A stretch of 64,000 bases of DNA from an uncultured Gemmatimonadaceae bacterium (GTDB lineage Bacteria; Gemmatimonadota; Gemmatimonadetes; Gemmatimonadales; Gemmatimonadaceae): positions 1 to 64,000 of the forward strand of contig CAWGJO010000041.1 of the NCBI GenBank assembly GCA_963822945.1. The letters run 5' to 3'. Positions 31,613 through 42,300 of this stretch are shown piece after piece; the stretch's first letter is position 1; every line of letters begins with the position of its first letter. The notes beneath the pieces are model-generated. The model was not told the origin of the DNA. It saw only the letters and a list, made by a program, of their open reading frames with translations, and searched no databases. A program made the translations under genes and the position numbers.

Positions 31613-34245
31613 GGACGCGCGCGGTTCTCGCGCTGGGGCTGCTGGCGTTCGCGGCGCGGCCGGCGCGCGCGCAGAGGCTCGATGCGGCCCGCGACAGCAT
31701 CCTGGCCGGGCGCTACACCGTGGCCATCGACATGCTGTCGCGGGTGCCGCGGAGCGACAGCGGCTGGACGGCGGCGCAGCGCGCCCTGGCGCGCACACAG
31801 GCACTCATCGGCCGCTACGACGACGCGGAGCGCACGGCGCGGAACGCGAGCACGGGCCCCGGCGGTCAGGAGCTGCTGAACACCCTCGGCGAGGTGCTGT
31901 TGGCGCGTGGGCGGCGGGCGGCGGCCGAGAGCGCGTTCGTGCGCGCGGATGCGCTGCATGCCTCGGACAGCCTGACGGCGCGGTTGAATCTGGCGATTGC
32001 CCGTTACGACGATGGCAATCGCGAAGCCGCGCTCCGCGACTTCGACCGGTTCATCGACGTGTACAACCAGCATGCGGCACAGCTCACCAGCCGGCAGATG
32101 ACGGCGGTGGCGATTGCGGTGGAGCGTCTGGGCGAAACGAACCCCGAACTGTTCAAGGATGCGCTGCGCGCATTCGACCGGGCCATCGCGCTCGACGGCG
32201 ACAACATCGAGGCCCGCGACGCGCTGGGCGAGATGTTCCTGGCCAAGTACAACAGCGCGGACGCGCAACGAACGTTCGACGACGCGTTGCGCGTGAATCC
32301 GAGCGACCCGCGGGCCCTGCTCGGCGCGGCGCGCCGTCTGGTGTTCGACGGGCAGCCTGGCGCCGATTCGCTGCTCGACCGCGCGCTCGCGATCAACCCC
32401 GACTACGTGGAGGCGCGCGTGTTCCGGGCCGGGCAGCTGCTCGACCTCGAGAACTACGCGGACGCGCAGCGCGAGATCGACCGCGCCCTGCGCGTGAATC
32501 CGAACTCGGTGCCGGCGCTGGCCGTGGCGGCGGGAATCAAGTACGTGGCGGGCGATCAGGCGGCGTTCCAGCAGTTGTCGCAGCGCGCCGAAACCGCGAG
32601 CCCGCACAACGCCGTGTTCTACACGCAGATGGCCGAGATCGCGGGGCGCATCCGTCTCTATTCGGCGGCCGCGGAATTCGCGCGGCAGGGTGTGCAGGCG
32701 AATCCGCGGGCCTGGCACGCCTATGCGGTGCTCGGGATGAACGAGCTGCGCCTGGGACAGATCGCGAAGGGCCGCGCCAGTCTCGACACCGCGTTCAAGG
32801 GCGATCCGTACGACGTCTGGACCAAGAACACGCTCGACCTGCTCGACACCTTCAAGAACTACGACGAGATCGCCGACGGCCGCTTCCAGTTCATGATCGA
32901 GAAGGACGAGTCGGCGATCCTGGCGCTCTATCTGAAGCCGCTGGTGCAGCAGGCCTACGACACCTTCCACACGCGGTACGGCTACACGCCGCCCCCGCCC
33001 ATCCGCATCGAGGTATACCGGAGCAACGCGGACTTCTCGGTGCGCACCGTGGGTATGACGGGACTCGGCGCGCTGGGCGTGAGCTTCGGGACCACGCTGG
33101 CCTTCGACTCGCCCGCCGCCAAGGACGCCGGACCGTTCAACTGGGCATCCACCGTCTGGCACGAGCTGGCGCACACCTTCACGCTCGGGCTCTCCGACCA
33201 CCACGTGCCGCGCTGGCTGTCGGAGGGACTCTCGGTGTGGGAGGAGCATCAGGCGCGGCCGGGGTGGGGGTCCCACGTGAGCCCCGGATTCCTGCAGGCG
33301 TTCACCGCAGGCAAGCTGGTGCCCGTGAGCCGCATGAATGACGGCTTCATGCGGCCGGCCTATCCCGGGCAGGTGCAATACTCGTACTACCAGGCCTCGC
33401 TCGTGTGCGACCTGATCGCGCGCGACTGGGGGCGGCAGGCGCTGGTGGAGATGCTCCAGCATTACAAGGCCGACGAGAGCACGGAGCAGGTATTCCACGA
33501 CGTGCTTCACACCGATCCGAAATCGTTCGATGCCCGGTTCACCGCGTACCTGAAGCAACGGTTCGCGAAGCAGCTGGCGGCGATGGCGGGCGATTCCGTC
33601 CGTGTGGACGCCACGTTGCCGGTGCCGGCGCTGGTGAAGCTCGCCGACGGTGCGCCCGCGAATTTCCGATTGCAGCTACTGGTGGGCGAGGCGCTCATCC
33701 GGCGCAACGCGACGGATGCGGCGATCCCCGTCATCGAGCGGGCCCGTGCGCTGTTCCCGGAGTTCACCGTCGACCACGGGCCCTACCCCTGGCTGGCCCG
33801 CGCGTACGAGGCGAAGCGCGACTACGCGAAGGCGGCGGCCGTGCTCCGCGACATTGCCGACAACGACGAGTCGGCGTACGCCACGCGGCTGGAACTCGCC
33901 GACGTGCTGGAGAAGTCGGGCGACCTCGCGGGCGCGGAGCGGGCGCTGGAGGACGCGATCTACGTGAACCCGTTCGAGGTCGCGGTGCACGAGCATCTGG
34001 CGCGACTGGCCGAGCAGGTGAACGACCACGAGACGGACGTACGCGAGCGGCAGGCCGTACTGGCACTGAACCCGGTGGATCTTGCGGGCGCGCTGTACCG
34101 GTTGGCGCTCGCCCAGCACCGGGCGGGCGACGACTCGGCGGCGCGGCGGAGCGTGATCCGCTCGTTGGAGCAGGCGCCGAATTACGCGCAGGCCCAGGAG
34201 CTGCTGCTCACGATCGTGGACGCAGCGGGAGGAAGAACGCCATGA
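31609..34245 (+). CDS. Exported TPR protein with MA-clan (gluzincin-like) metallopeptidase domain
   Basis: ATGA overlap; signal peptide; many TPRs (ALRVNP, ALAINPDY); VWHELAH..PRWLSEGLS. Confidence 0.85.
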   Translation: MRTRAVLALGLLAFAARPARAQRLDAARDSILAGRYTVAIDMLSRVPRSDSGWTAAQRALARTQALIGRYDDAERTARNASTGPGGQELLNTLGEVLLARGRRAAAESAFVRADALHASDSLTARLNLAIARYDDGNREAALRDFDRFIDVYNQHAAQLTSRQMTAVAIAVERLGETNPELFKDALRAFDRAIALDGDNIEARDALGEMFLAKYNSADAQRTFDDALRVNPSDPRALLGAARRLVFDGQPGADSLLDRALAINPDYVEARVFRAGQLLDLENYADAQREIDRALRVNPNSVPALAVAAGIKYVAGDQAAFQQLSQRAETASPHNAVFYTQMAEIAGRIRLYSAAAEFARQGVQANPRAWHAYAVLGMNELRLGQIAKGRASLDTAFKGDPYDVWTKNTLDLLDTFKNYDEIADGRFQFMIEKDESAILALYLKPLVQQAYDTFHTRYGYTPPPPIRIEVYRSNADFSVRTVGMTGLGALGVSFGTTLAFDSPAAKDAGPFNWASTVWHELAHTFTLGLSDHHVPRWLSEGLSVWEEHQARPGWGSHVSPGFLQAFTAGKLVPVSRMNDGFMRPAYPGQVQYSYYQASLVCDLIARDWGRQALVEMLQHYKADESTEQVFHDVLHTDPKSFDARFTAYLKQRFAKQLAAMAGDSVRVDATLPVPALVKLADGAPANFRLQLLVGEALIRRNATDAAIPVIERARALFPEFTVDHGPYPWLARAYEAKRDYAKAAAVLRDIADNDESAYATRLELADVLEKSGDLAGAERALEDAIYVNPFEVAVHEHLARLAEQVNDHETDVRERQAVLALNPVDLAGALYRLALAQHRAGDDSAARRSVIRSLEQAPNYAQAQELLLTIVDAAGGRTP

Positions 34246-35104
34246 GCGGATCGAACGCGAGTTGGGGTCGCCGGTCGCATGCGGCGTGGATGGCCGCGGT
34301 GCTGGTGTTGGCATCCATGGTGCCGCCGTCCAACGCCGATGCGCAGCGGGGCGGAGGGCGGAGGCAGCGCGGGTTCGGATACGAACAGTTCTTCGCGCCG
34401 GTGGCCCCCGACGAGTTCTACAAGCCACCCGCCTTCGCCGGGAACGTGCCGTACGACGGGCGGTTCACGTTCGCGCGCATCGCGTATCGCGGCAGCGAAC
34501 GGTGGAGCGGGCGCGAGGGGCCGGGATGGTCGCACGACTATCCCGACGCCGAGGAGCACTTCATGCGCATCATGCGCGAGGTCACGTCGCTGAATCCGTT
34601 CATCGCCAGGGGGCCGATGCTCGGCGGCGTGATCGTGGCGCTCGACGATCCGCTGCTGTTCAAGTACCCGGTGGCGTACCTGTCGGAGCCGGGGGCTGGC
34701 ACCCGACCGCCAAGGAGCAGGCAGGGCTGCGCACCTACCTGCAGAAGGGCGGGTTCCTGATCGTCGACGACTTCCCGTATTTCAGCTGGGGCAACTTCCA
34801 GCAGGTCATGGCCCAGGTGCTGCCCGGCGCCCGGCTGTTCCAGCTCTCGGGCCAGGAGCCGATCTTCGACGCCTTCTACAAGGTGGACCTGAGCATCATC
34901 CGCAGCGAGTACGGCGGCACGCCGATGTACTTCGGCATCTACGAGGACAACGACCCGAACAAGCGCCTGATGGTGATTGCGAACTACATCAACGACATCG
35001 GGGAGTCGTGGCAGTGGTCGGGCCAGGGCTGGTTCCCGGTGGCCGAATCGAACGAAGCCTACAAGCTGGGCGTGAACTATCTGGTCTACGCACTCACGCA
35101 CTGA
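34242..35104 (+). CDS. DUF4159 domain protein (apparent frameshift in G-run about 34691)
   Basis: ATGA overlap; FTFARIAY, WSHDYPDAE, LFKYPVAYLSEPG, then LRTYLQKGGFLIVDDF..NDIGESW..AYKLGVNYLVYALTH. Confidence 0.8.
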
Positions 35105-35128
35105 TCGCTACCCCAACCGAGACCTGCC

Positions 35129-36163
35129 GTGGCCACCACCGCATCGACCCCCGTGCTGGAATCCCCCGACGACCTCGCGCTCGCCGATCGACTGAAGACC
35201 GGATGCGATCAGATCCGGACCGAGCTGGCCAAGCTCATCGTCGGCCAGGAGGACGTGATCGAGTTGGTGCTGCTGTCGCTGCTTACCGGCGGCAACAGTC
35301 TCATCGTCGGCGTGCCCGGCCTCGCCAAGACGCTGCTCATCAACACCATCGCGCAGGTGCTGGATCTCGAATTCTCGCGCATCCAGTTCACCCCGGACCT
35401 GATGCCCAGCGACATCACGGGCACCGAGATCATCCAGGACGATCCGGACACCGGGCGCCGCCACATGGTGTTCATGCCGGGGCCGATCTTCGCCAACATC
35501 GTGCTGGCCGACGAGATCAACCGGACGCCGCCCAAGACGCAGGCGGCGCTGCTCGAAGCGATGCAGGAACACCGCGTGACGGTGCAGGGCAAGACCTATC
35601 CGCTGGATGAACCGTTCTTCGTGTTCGCCACGCAGAACCCCATCGAGCTGGAAGGCACGTATCCCCTGCCCGAGGCGCAGCTCGACCGGTTCATGTTCGA
35701 GATCATCATCGAGCACCTCGACGAGGATCAGGAGGTGACGGTGGTGCAGACCACCACCTCGATCCAGTCGCACCGGTTCCAGCATGCGGTAACCGGCGCC
35801 GACATCGCGGCGTTCCAGCAGCTCGTGCGCCGGGTGCCGGTGGCCGACGCGGTGGCGCGCTACGCGGTGAACCTCACGCGGGCCAGCCGGCCGGGCCCGA
35901 ATGCCCCGGACTTCGTGAAGCAGTGGGTGTCGTACGGCGCCTCCGTGCGCGCCCCACAGCATCTCATCCTCGGCGGCAAGGCGCGCGCGCTGATGAAGGG
36001 CCGCGCGCACGTGACGTTCGACGACGTGCGCGCGCTGGCGAAGCCGGTGCTCCGTCACCGCGTGCTCATGAACTTCCACGCCGAGTCGGAGCGGGTGTCG
36101 TCCGATGAGATCGTGGAAAAGCTCCTGGGCGCCGTGCGGGCGCCGAAATCGGGGATGAAATGA
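35129..36163 (+). CDS. moxR: MoxR family AAA+ ATPase
   Basis: GVPGLAKT, RIQFTPDLMPSDITG, LADEINRTPPKTQAALLEAMQE, ATQNPIELEGTYPLPEAQLDRF. Confidence 0.96.
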   Translation: MATTASTPVLESPDDLALADRLKTGCDQIRTELAKLIVGQEDVIELVLLSLLTGGNSLIVGVPGLAKTLLINTIAQVLDLEFSRIQFTPDLMPSDITGTEIIQDDPDTGRRHMVFMPGPIFANIVLADEINRTPPKTQAALLEAMQEHRVTVQGKTYPLDEPFFVFATQNPIELEGTYPLPEAQLDRFMFEIIIEHLDEDQEVTVVQTTTSIQSHRFQHAVTGADIAAFQQLVRRVPVADAVARYAVNLTRASRPGPNAPDFVKQWVSYGASVRAPQHLILGGKARALMKGRAHVTFDDVRALAKPVLRHRVLMNFHAESERVSSDEIVEKLLGAVRAPKSGMK

Positions 36164-36170
36164 AGAGCCA

Positions 36171-36270
36171 GACGGTAGGACGGTAGGTCGGACCGGAACA
36201 GACGGTCAACCACCGAGGACCGCCGTTCTGTCCGACTGTCCGACTGTCCGACTGTCTGACCTACCGACCG
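36171..36270. repeat. Inverted 8-bp tandem arrays inside operon
   Basis: GACGGTAG GACGGTAG GTCGGACC ... TGTCCGAC x3 TGTCTGAC CTACCGAC. Confidence 0.75.
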
Positions 36271-36284
36271 AGCGATGACGCTGC

Positions 36285-37244
36285 ATGCCCACTTCCCCCG
36301 CGCTCCCCGCCACCACGTTTCTCGATCCCGCCGTCCTGGCGAAGATCGGGAATCTGGAGTTGCTCGCGCGCGTGGTGGTCGAGGGGTTCATCAACGGGCT
36401 GCACCGGTCGCCGCACCTCGGGGCGTCCACCGACTTCGCCGAGCATCGCGCCTACATGCCGGGCGACGACATCCGGCGCATCGACTGGCGCCTGTTCGCG
36501 CGCAGCGACCGGCACTACGTCAAGGAATTCGAGGCCGACACGAACACCAACGTGATGGTGCTCCTCGACGTCTCGCCGTCCATGCACTACCGCGGACCGA
36601 GCGCCGGCGACGGCGGCGTTACCAAGCTGGAGTACGCGTGCTTCCTGGCGGCGGCCCTCGCGTACTTCTCCAGCACGCAGCGCGACCGCGTGGGGCTGGC
36701 CACCTTCGACCGCGACCTCGTGGACTACGTGCCACCGGCGGCCAAGCATCTGCAGCTCGTGCTGCACGCATTGGAGCGCGCGGGCCACGCCCCGCGGCCG
36801 GCCGCGCCGCGCTCCACCGGCAGTGGGGCGGCACGCCTGCTGCATCCGCTGCGGAAGCTCTCCGAATCCCTGCGCCGCCGCAGCATCGTGGTTCTCCTCT
36901 CGGACTTCTACGAGGAGCCCGACGACGTCATCGACGCGGCGGGGTTCCTGCGCGGCCGGGGGAACGACGTGATCCTGTTCCACGTGCTCGACCGTGACGA
37001 ACGCCAGTTCCCCTTTCCCGACGCCGGGAACTTCGTGGATCTCGAAAGCGGTGAGCGCATGCCGGTGGTCCCGGAGTACCTGCGCCGGCAGTACCGGGAG
37101 CTGGTGGCCGCGCACGTGACGGAGCTGGAGCGCCGCGCGCGCGATCAGCGGATGGACTACGCCATGTTCGACAGTTCGCAGCCGCTCGATCAGGCGCTGT
37201 TCAACTACCTGCTGGCGCGGCAGCGCTTCACGAGGGTCCGCTGA
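36285..37244 (+). CDS. DUF58 domain protein (vWA-like MoxR partner)
   Basis: GLHRSPHLGASTDFAEHRAYMPGDDIRRIDW, VKEFE, LDVSPSM, LSDF. Confidence 0.95.
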   Translation: MPTSPALPATTFLDPAVLAKIGNLELLARVVVEGFINGLHRSPHLGASTDFAEHRAYMPGDDIRRIDWRLFARSDRHYVKEFEADTNTNVMVLLDVSPSMHYRGPSAGDGGVTKLEYACFLAAALAYFSSTQRDRVGLATFDRDLVDYVPPAAKHLQLVLHALERAGHAPRPAAPRSTGSGAARLLHPLRKLSESLRRRSIVVLLSDFYEEPDDVIDAAGFLRGRGNDVILFHVLDRDERQFPFPDAGNFVDLESGERMPVVPEYLRRQYRELVAAHVTELERRARDQRMDYAMFDSSQPLDQALFNYLLARQRFTRVR

Positions 37245-39343
37245 TGGGATTCCTCGCCCCGGCATTCATGGCGGGCCTCGCGGCGCTGGCCATCCCCGTG
37301 CTGATCCATCTGATCCACCGCGAGCGCAAGACGGCCGTCGAATTCCCGTCGCTCATGTTCCTGCACAAGATTCCCTACCAATCCGTGCGGCGGCAGAAGC
37401 TGCGGCATCTGCTGCTCCTCGCGTTGCGGGTGGCCGCACTGGTGCTGCTCGTGGCGGCGTTCGCGCGTCCGTTCATCGAACACGCCACACCCACCGGCGC
37501 CGTGCTGGCCGGCGCCCGCGAGCGGATCATCCTGCTCGACCAGTCGTACAGCATGGGCTATGGCGACCACTGGAAGCGGGCCGTCGCCGCGGCCCACGCC
37601 GCGGTGGCCGATCTCGGCGCCGGCGACCGGGCCACCGTCGTGCTGTTCGCGCACGATCCCGTGGCGGTCACCGCGCCCACCGGCGACCACGCGCGCCTGA
37701 ACCGCGCGATCGACGAGGCGAAGCTCACCTCCGAGGGCACCCGCTATGTGCCGGCCCTCAAGTTCGCCGGACAGATGCTCGCCGGCTCCAACCTGCCGCG
37801 CCGCGAAATCGTGCTCATCACGGACTTCCAGAAGGTGGGATGGGCCCAGCGCGACGAGGTGGACCTCCCGGCCGGCACGGTGGTCACGCCGGTGGACGTG
37901 TCGGAGAAGTCGGTGGCCGACATGGCGGTCACACAGGTGACCACCGACCGCGATACGGCCGCCGGCTCGCGCGACCGCGTCACGGTGGCGGCGCGCATCA
38001 CGAACGTCGGACCGCAGGCGGTCACCGTGGCGGCCGTGCTCTCGCTGGGCGGCCGCGACATCCAGACTCGGCGCGTGACGGTGCCGGCGTCGGGGGCGGC
38101 GCAGGTGCGGTTCGCGTCGCAGTCCATTCCCACGGCCCCCATCCGCGGCTCGGTGCGCATCGACCATGACGCGCTGCCGGAGAACGACACCTTCAACTTC
38201 ACGCTGGCCCCCGACGAGGTGGTGTCGGTGCTCGTGGTGGAGCCGGTGCGCGCGCGCCGGAATCAGAGCCTGTTCGTGAGCCGGGCGTTGAGCATCGGCA
38301 ACCGTCCGCGCTTCGACGTTCAGGTGAAAGCCGAGAATGCCCTGCGGGTGTCCGACCTCGAACACCGTTCGCTCGTGATCCTGAACGAAGTTCGTCCGCC
38401 CGGCGGCGCGGTGGGTGCGCGGCTGCGGCAGCTCGTGGCCGACGGGGCGGGCCTGCTGATCGTTCCGGGCGACGAACAGACCGCGGGGTGGGCGCCGGAG
38501 TGGCGGGCGCTCCTGCCGGCGCGCGTCGGGCCGGTGGTCGATCGCACCGACCACGCCGGCGGTACGCTGGCGGCGGTGGAATACTCCAGCCCGATCTTCG
38601 AGGTATTCCAGGCGCCGAGGAGCGGAGATTTCTCCACGACCCGGATGTTTCGCTACCGGGCGCTCGTGGCGCCGGGCGACAGCGGGGTGCTCGCGCGCAT
38701 GGACGACGGGACGCCCGCGCTGGTCGAACGGGCCGACGGCGAGGGCAAGGTGCTCCTGTGGGGGTCCACGCTCGACGAGTACTGGACCGACCTTCCCCTG
38801 CAGCCGGTATTCCTGCCATTCATGCATCAACTGGCGAAGTACGCCGGCCGCTATGCCGATCCGCGGTCGTCGTTCACCGCCGGCGAGGTGCTCGACCTCT
38901 CGCGCCACGGCGAACTCACCGCCATGTTCGGGGATAAGACGAATGGGCAGGCGGCCGGCGGCACCGGCCCGGCCCTCATACTGCAATCGCCGTCCGGGCG
39001 GCGCACGCGACTCCACGCGAACGGCCGCGATCACCTGGCCGAGCTGCACGAAGCGGGCTTCTACGAATTGCGCGACGCGGCCACGGCCATCGGGAGCGGC
39101 CGGCCGATCGCGGTGAACGTTGATCCGGCGGAATCGGACCTGTCGCACCTCGATCCACAGGAACTGATCGCCGCCGTCACCAGCCGCACGACGGACGCTG
39201 CGCACGCCAGCGCGGCGGCCGCGTCGTCACCCGAGGACCTCGAGCGGCGGCAGCGGATCTGGTGGTATCTGCTGTTGGGCGCGTTGCTGCTGCTGGCCGC
39301 CGAAACGGTGGTCTCGAACCGTCTGTCGCGGGCCGCGGGATGA
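37244..39343 (+). CDS. BatA N-terminal domain + vWA membrane protein
   Basis: TGATG overlap; MGFLAP..IPVLIHL..FPSLMFL..LLALR..AFARP; DQSYSM, ITDFQ; AVN..ESDL; C-terminal TM. Confidence 0.9.
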   Translation: MGFLAPAFMAGLAALAIPVLIHLIHRERKTAVEFPSLMFLHKIPYQSVRRQKLRHLLLLALRVAALVLLVAAFARPFIEHATPTGAVLAGARERIILLDQSYSMGYGDHWKRAVAAAHAAVADLGAGDRATVVLFAHDPVAVTAPTGDHARLNRAIDEAKLTSEGTRYVPALKFAGQMLAGSNLPRREIVLITDFQKVGWAQRDEVDLPAGTVVTPVDVSEKSVADMAVTQVTTDRDTAAGSRDRVTVAARITNVGPQAVTVAAVLSLGGRDIQTRRVTVPASGAAQVRFASQSIPTAPIRGSVRIDHDALPENDTFNFTLAPDEVVSVLVVEPVRARRNQSLFVSRALSIGNRPRFDVQVKAENALRVSDLEHRSLVILNEVRPPGGAVGARLRQLVADGAGLLIVPGDEQTAGWAPEWRALLPARVGPVVDRTDHAGGTLAAVEYSSPIFEVFQAPRSGDFSTTRMFRYRALVAPGDSGVLARMDDGTPALVERADGEGKVLLWGSTLDEYWTDLPLQPVFLPFMHQLAKYAGRYADPRSSFTAGEVLDLSRHGELTAMFGDKTNGQAAGGTGPALILQSPSGRRTRLHANGRDHLAELHEAGFYELRDAATAIGSGRPIAVNVDPAESDLSHLDPQELIAAVTSRTTDAAHASAAAASSPEDLERRQRIWWYLLLGALLLLAAETVVSNRLSRAAG

Positions 39344-39369
39344 GCGCCGTGCACGGGAGGGCGTGAGTC

Positions 39370-42300
39370 ATGGAAAGCGCACAGGGAATCCTGTCCGAAC
39401 GGAATCGTCTGGCCGGCGTCGTCCGCGACGTGCGAACGCGCTGGCGGCTGAAGCGCGCCCTGCACGGCGCGACGATCACGCTCGTCGTGGGCTTCGTGAT
39501 TCTCGCTGTCGCGGCCTGGGTCATGAACGCCGTGCGGTATGCGCCGGTCCCGGTGCTCATCACGCGCGTGGTGGCGCTGGCGTCGGTGCTCGCGGTGACG
39601 GTGCGCTACCTGATCCTGCCCCTGCGCCGCAACCCGGGAGACGACCAGGTGGCGCTGTACCTGGAAGAGCACGAGCCCACGCTCGACGGCGCGCTGATGA
39701 CGGCAGTGGATGTCGGCAACCGGACGCCGTCGGCGGGCGCGGGCGCGCTCTCGCCGGCCCTCGCGGCGCGCCTCATGCGCTCGGCGCTCGACCGCATCCG
39801 CACCGTGGACGACGGCCGGCGCGTGGACGCCGCCGATCTCACGCGCACCGGCGCGATCTTCGCCGCCGTGCTCGCCACGGCGGTGCTGACGCTGCTGGTG
39901 GGACCGACGTCGCTGCGGTACGGCATGGGCGTGTCGCTGGCGCCGTGGCGCACCGCGAGTCCCGCCGGCCTGTTCTCCATCGTCGTGACGCCGGGCAACG
40001 CCACCGTGGCGAAGGGCGGCGACCAACTGGTGACGGCGTCGCTCCGCGGGTTCGAGTCGCAGCGCGTGGAACTCGTGGTGCGCGGCGCCGATTCCACCGC
40101 CTGGACGCGCCTGCTCATGCTGGCCGACAGCACCGGCGCGTATGCCTTCCGGCTGTTCGACGTCGGCGCGCCCATGGACTACGCCGTGGAGGCGAGTGGC
40201 GTACGGTCGCCGACGTTCCACCTGGACGTGGCCAACCTCCCGTACGTGCGGCAGATCGACCTGCAGTACCGGTACCCGGCATACACGCAGCTGCCGCCCC
40301 AGAACGTGGAGGGCACGGGCGACATCGCGGCGCTGGCCGGCACGATGGTGCGCGTGCGCATCACGCCCACCGTTCCGGCGCAGGGCGGGCGCGTGGTGGT
40401 GGACGGCGGCGACACGCTGCAGCTCGTTCCAGATGCCGACGGCACGTTGATGGCGATGCTGCGCGTGCAGCATCCGGGGTTCTACAAGGTGGAGCTGCAG
40501 TCGCCGGACGCCCGGCTGACCACGGCCTCGCTCAACTACAACATCGACGTCCTCCCCGACCGGCCGCCCACCGTGAGCTTCACCAAGCCGGGGCGCGACC
40601 AGCGCGTACTCTCGGTGGACGAGGTGTACACCGAGGCGAAAGCCGAGGACGACTACGGCGTGTCGCGGCTGGATCTCGTGTACTCGGTGAACGGCGGCGC
40701 CGAGCGCACCGTGCCGCTGAGCCGGGCCACCAGCCGCGTGCTGCGCGACATCTCGGCGGGCTACACGTTCATGCTCGAGGACGACAGCCTGCAGCCCGGC
40801 GACGTGGTGTCGTACTATGCGCGCGCCACCGACAACGACGCGGTGAGCGGGCCCCAGCGCGCCACCAGCGACATCTACTTCCTCAACGTGCGCCCCTACG
40901 AGCAGGAATACCGGCAGGGGCAGAGCGGCGGTGGCGGCGGACAGAGCGGCCAGGGGCAGAACCAGTCCAATCAACTCTCCCAGCAGCAGCGGGAGATCAT
41001 CGCCGGCACCTTCAACCTGTCGCGCGACAGCGCCACGTACGCTCCCAAGGATCTACAGGAGAACCTGGCGACCCTGCGACTGGCGCAGCAGAAACTGCGC
41101 GAGCAGACCGCGGAGTTGGCCCGCCGGCTCGTGGAGCGCGGCATCGCGTCCACCGATTCCGGATTCCGGAAGATCTCCGAGATCCTCGGCCGCGCCGCGC
41201 CGCAGATGGACACCGCCGAGCAGCGGCTGGCCTCGGGCAGTCCGCACTCCGCACTGCCCAGCGAGCAGCGCGCGCTGGCGGAGCTGCAGCGCGCCGAAGC
41301 GGTGTTCCACGACATTCAGGTGTCGCAGGGTGGGGGCGGGGGCGGCGGCGGTGGTGGAGCGGGCGGCGCCAATGCGCAGGACCTCGCCGACATCTTCGAG
41401 CTGAACAAGGACCGGCTGCGGAACCAGTACGAGTCCGTCCAGCGCGGCCAGGACCAACAGCAACAGCAGCAGGCAGACCAGCAGGTGGACGAGGTCATGG
41501 AGAAGCTCCGCCAGCTGGCCGCCCGGCAGCAGCAGCAGGACGAACGGGCCCAGGCCAAGGCTGACAGTCTGGGGCAGATGGGTGCCGGCGGTGCGTCGTC
41601 CGGCGCCGGCCAGCGGCAACTGGCGCAGCAGGCAGAGCAGACGGCTCGTCAGTTGGAGCGCCTGGCGCGGGAGCAGCAGTCGCAAGCGCTGGCCGACGCC
41701 GCCCGCCGGTTGCAGAACGCCGCCGACGCCATGCGCCGCGCGGCGGCCGACCGCGGTCAACAGGGCGCGGCCAACTCGCAACGGGCGCTGCAGCAACTCG
41801 AGGACGCCCGGCGCCTGCTCGACCGCGAACGGAGCCAACGCGCCCAACGCGATCTGAAGGGCGCGCTCGATACGCAGCGAGCCCTGGCCAACCAGCAGCA
41901 GCGGGTGTCCAACGACATCGACCGGCTGGGCCAGACGGCGTCGGGCCAGCAGCAGGAACTGCGGCAGTCCATTGCCGCGCAACAGCGCGCGATGGCGGAT
42001 TCCGTGCACGCGCTCACCAGCCGGCTGGACCGCATGGCGCTGGACAACCGCCGGGAGCAGCCCGAGGCGTCACGCCAGATGGCTGCCGCCGCCGACTCGC
42101 TCAAGAAGCGGGGCACCGCCGACCGATTGGGCTACCTGGCGCAGAACGCTACGCGCACCGCGCCACAGCAGTACCTGAGCCAACAGCAGCAGCCGGTGGG
42201 CCGCGACATCGCGGAGCTGGGGCGCCAGCTCCAGGGGGCAGCCGAGGCCGCCGGTCGCCAGAGCTCGCAACAGCAGCAGGCCGAAGCGCTCGACCGCATG

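Noticed and set aside
34686..34700. Phase variation at G-run in DUF4159 (and C-run near 49992)
   Set aside because: Runs are short (5 nt or fewer), typical of homopolymer deletion errors rather than contingency loci
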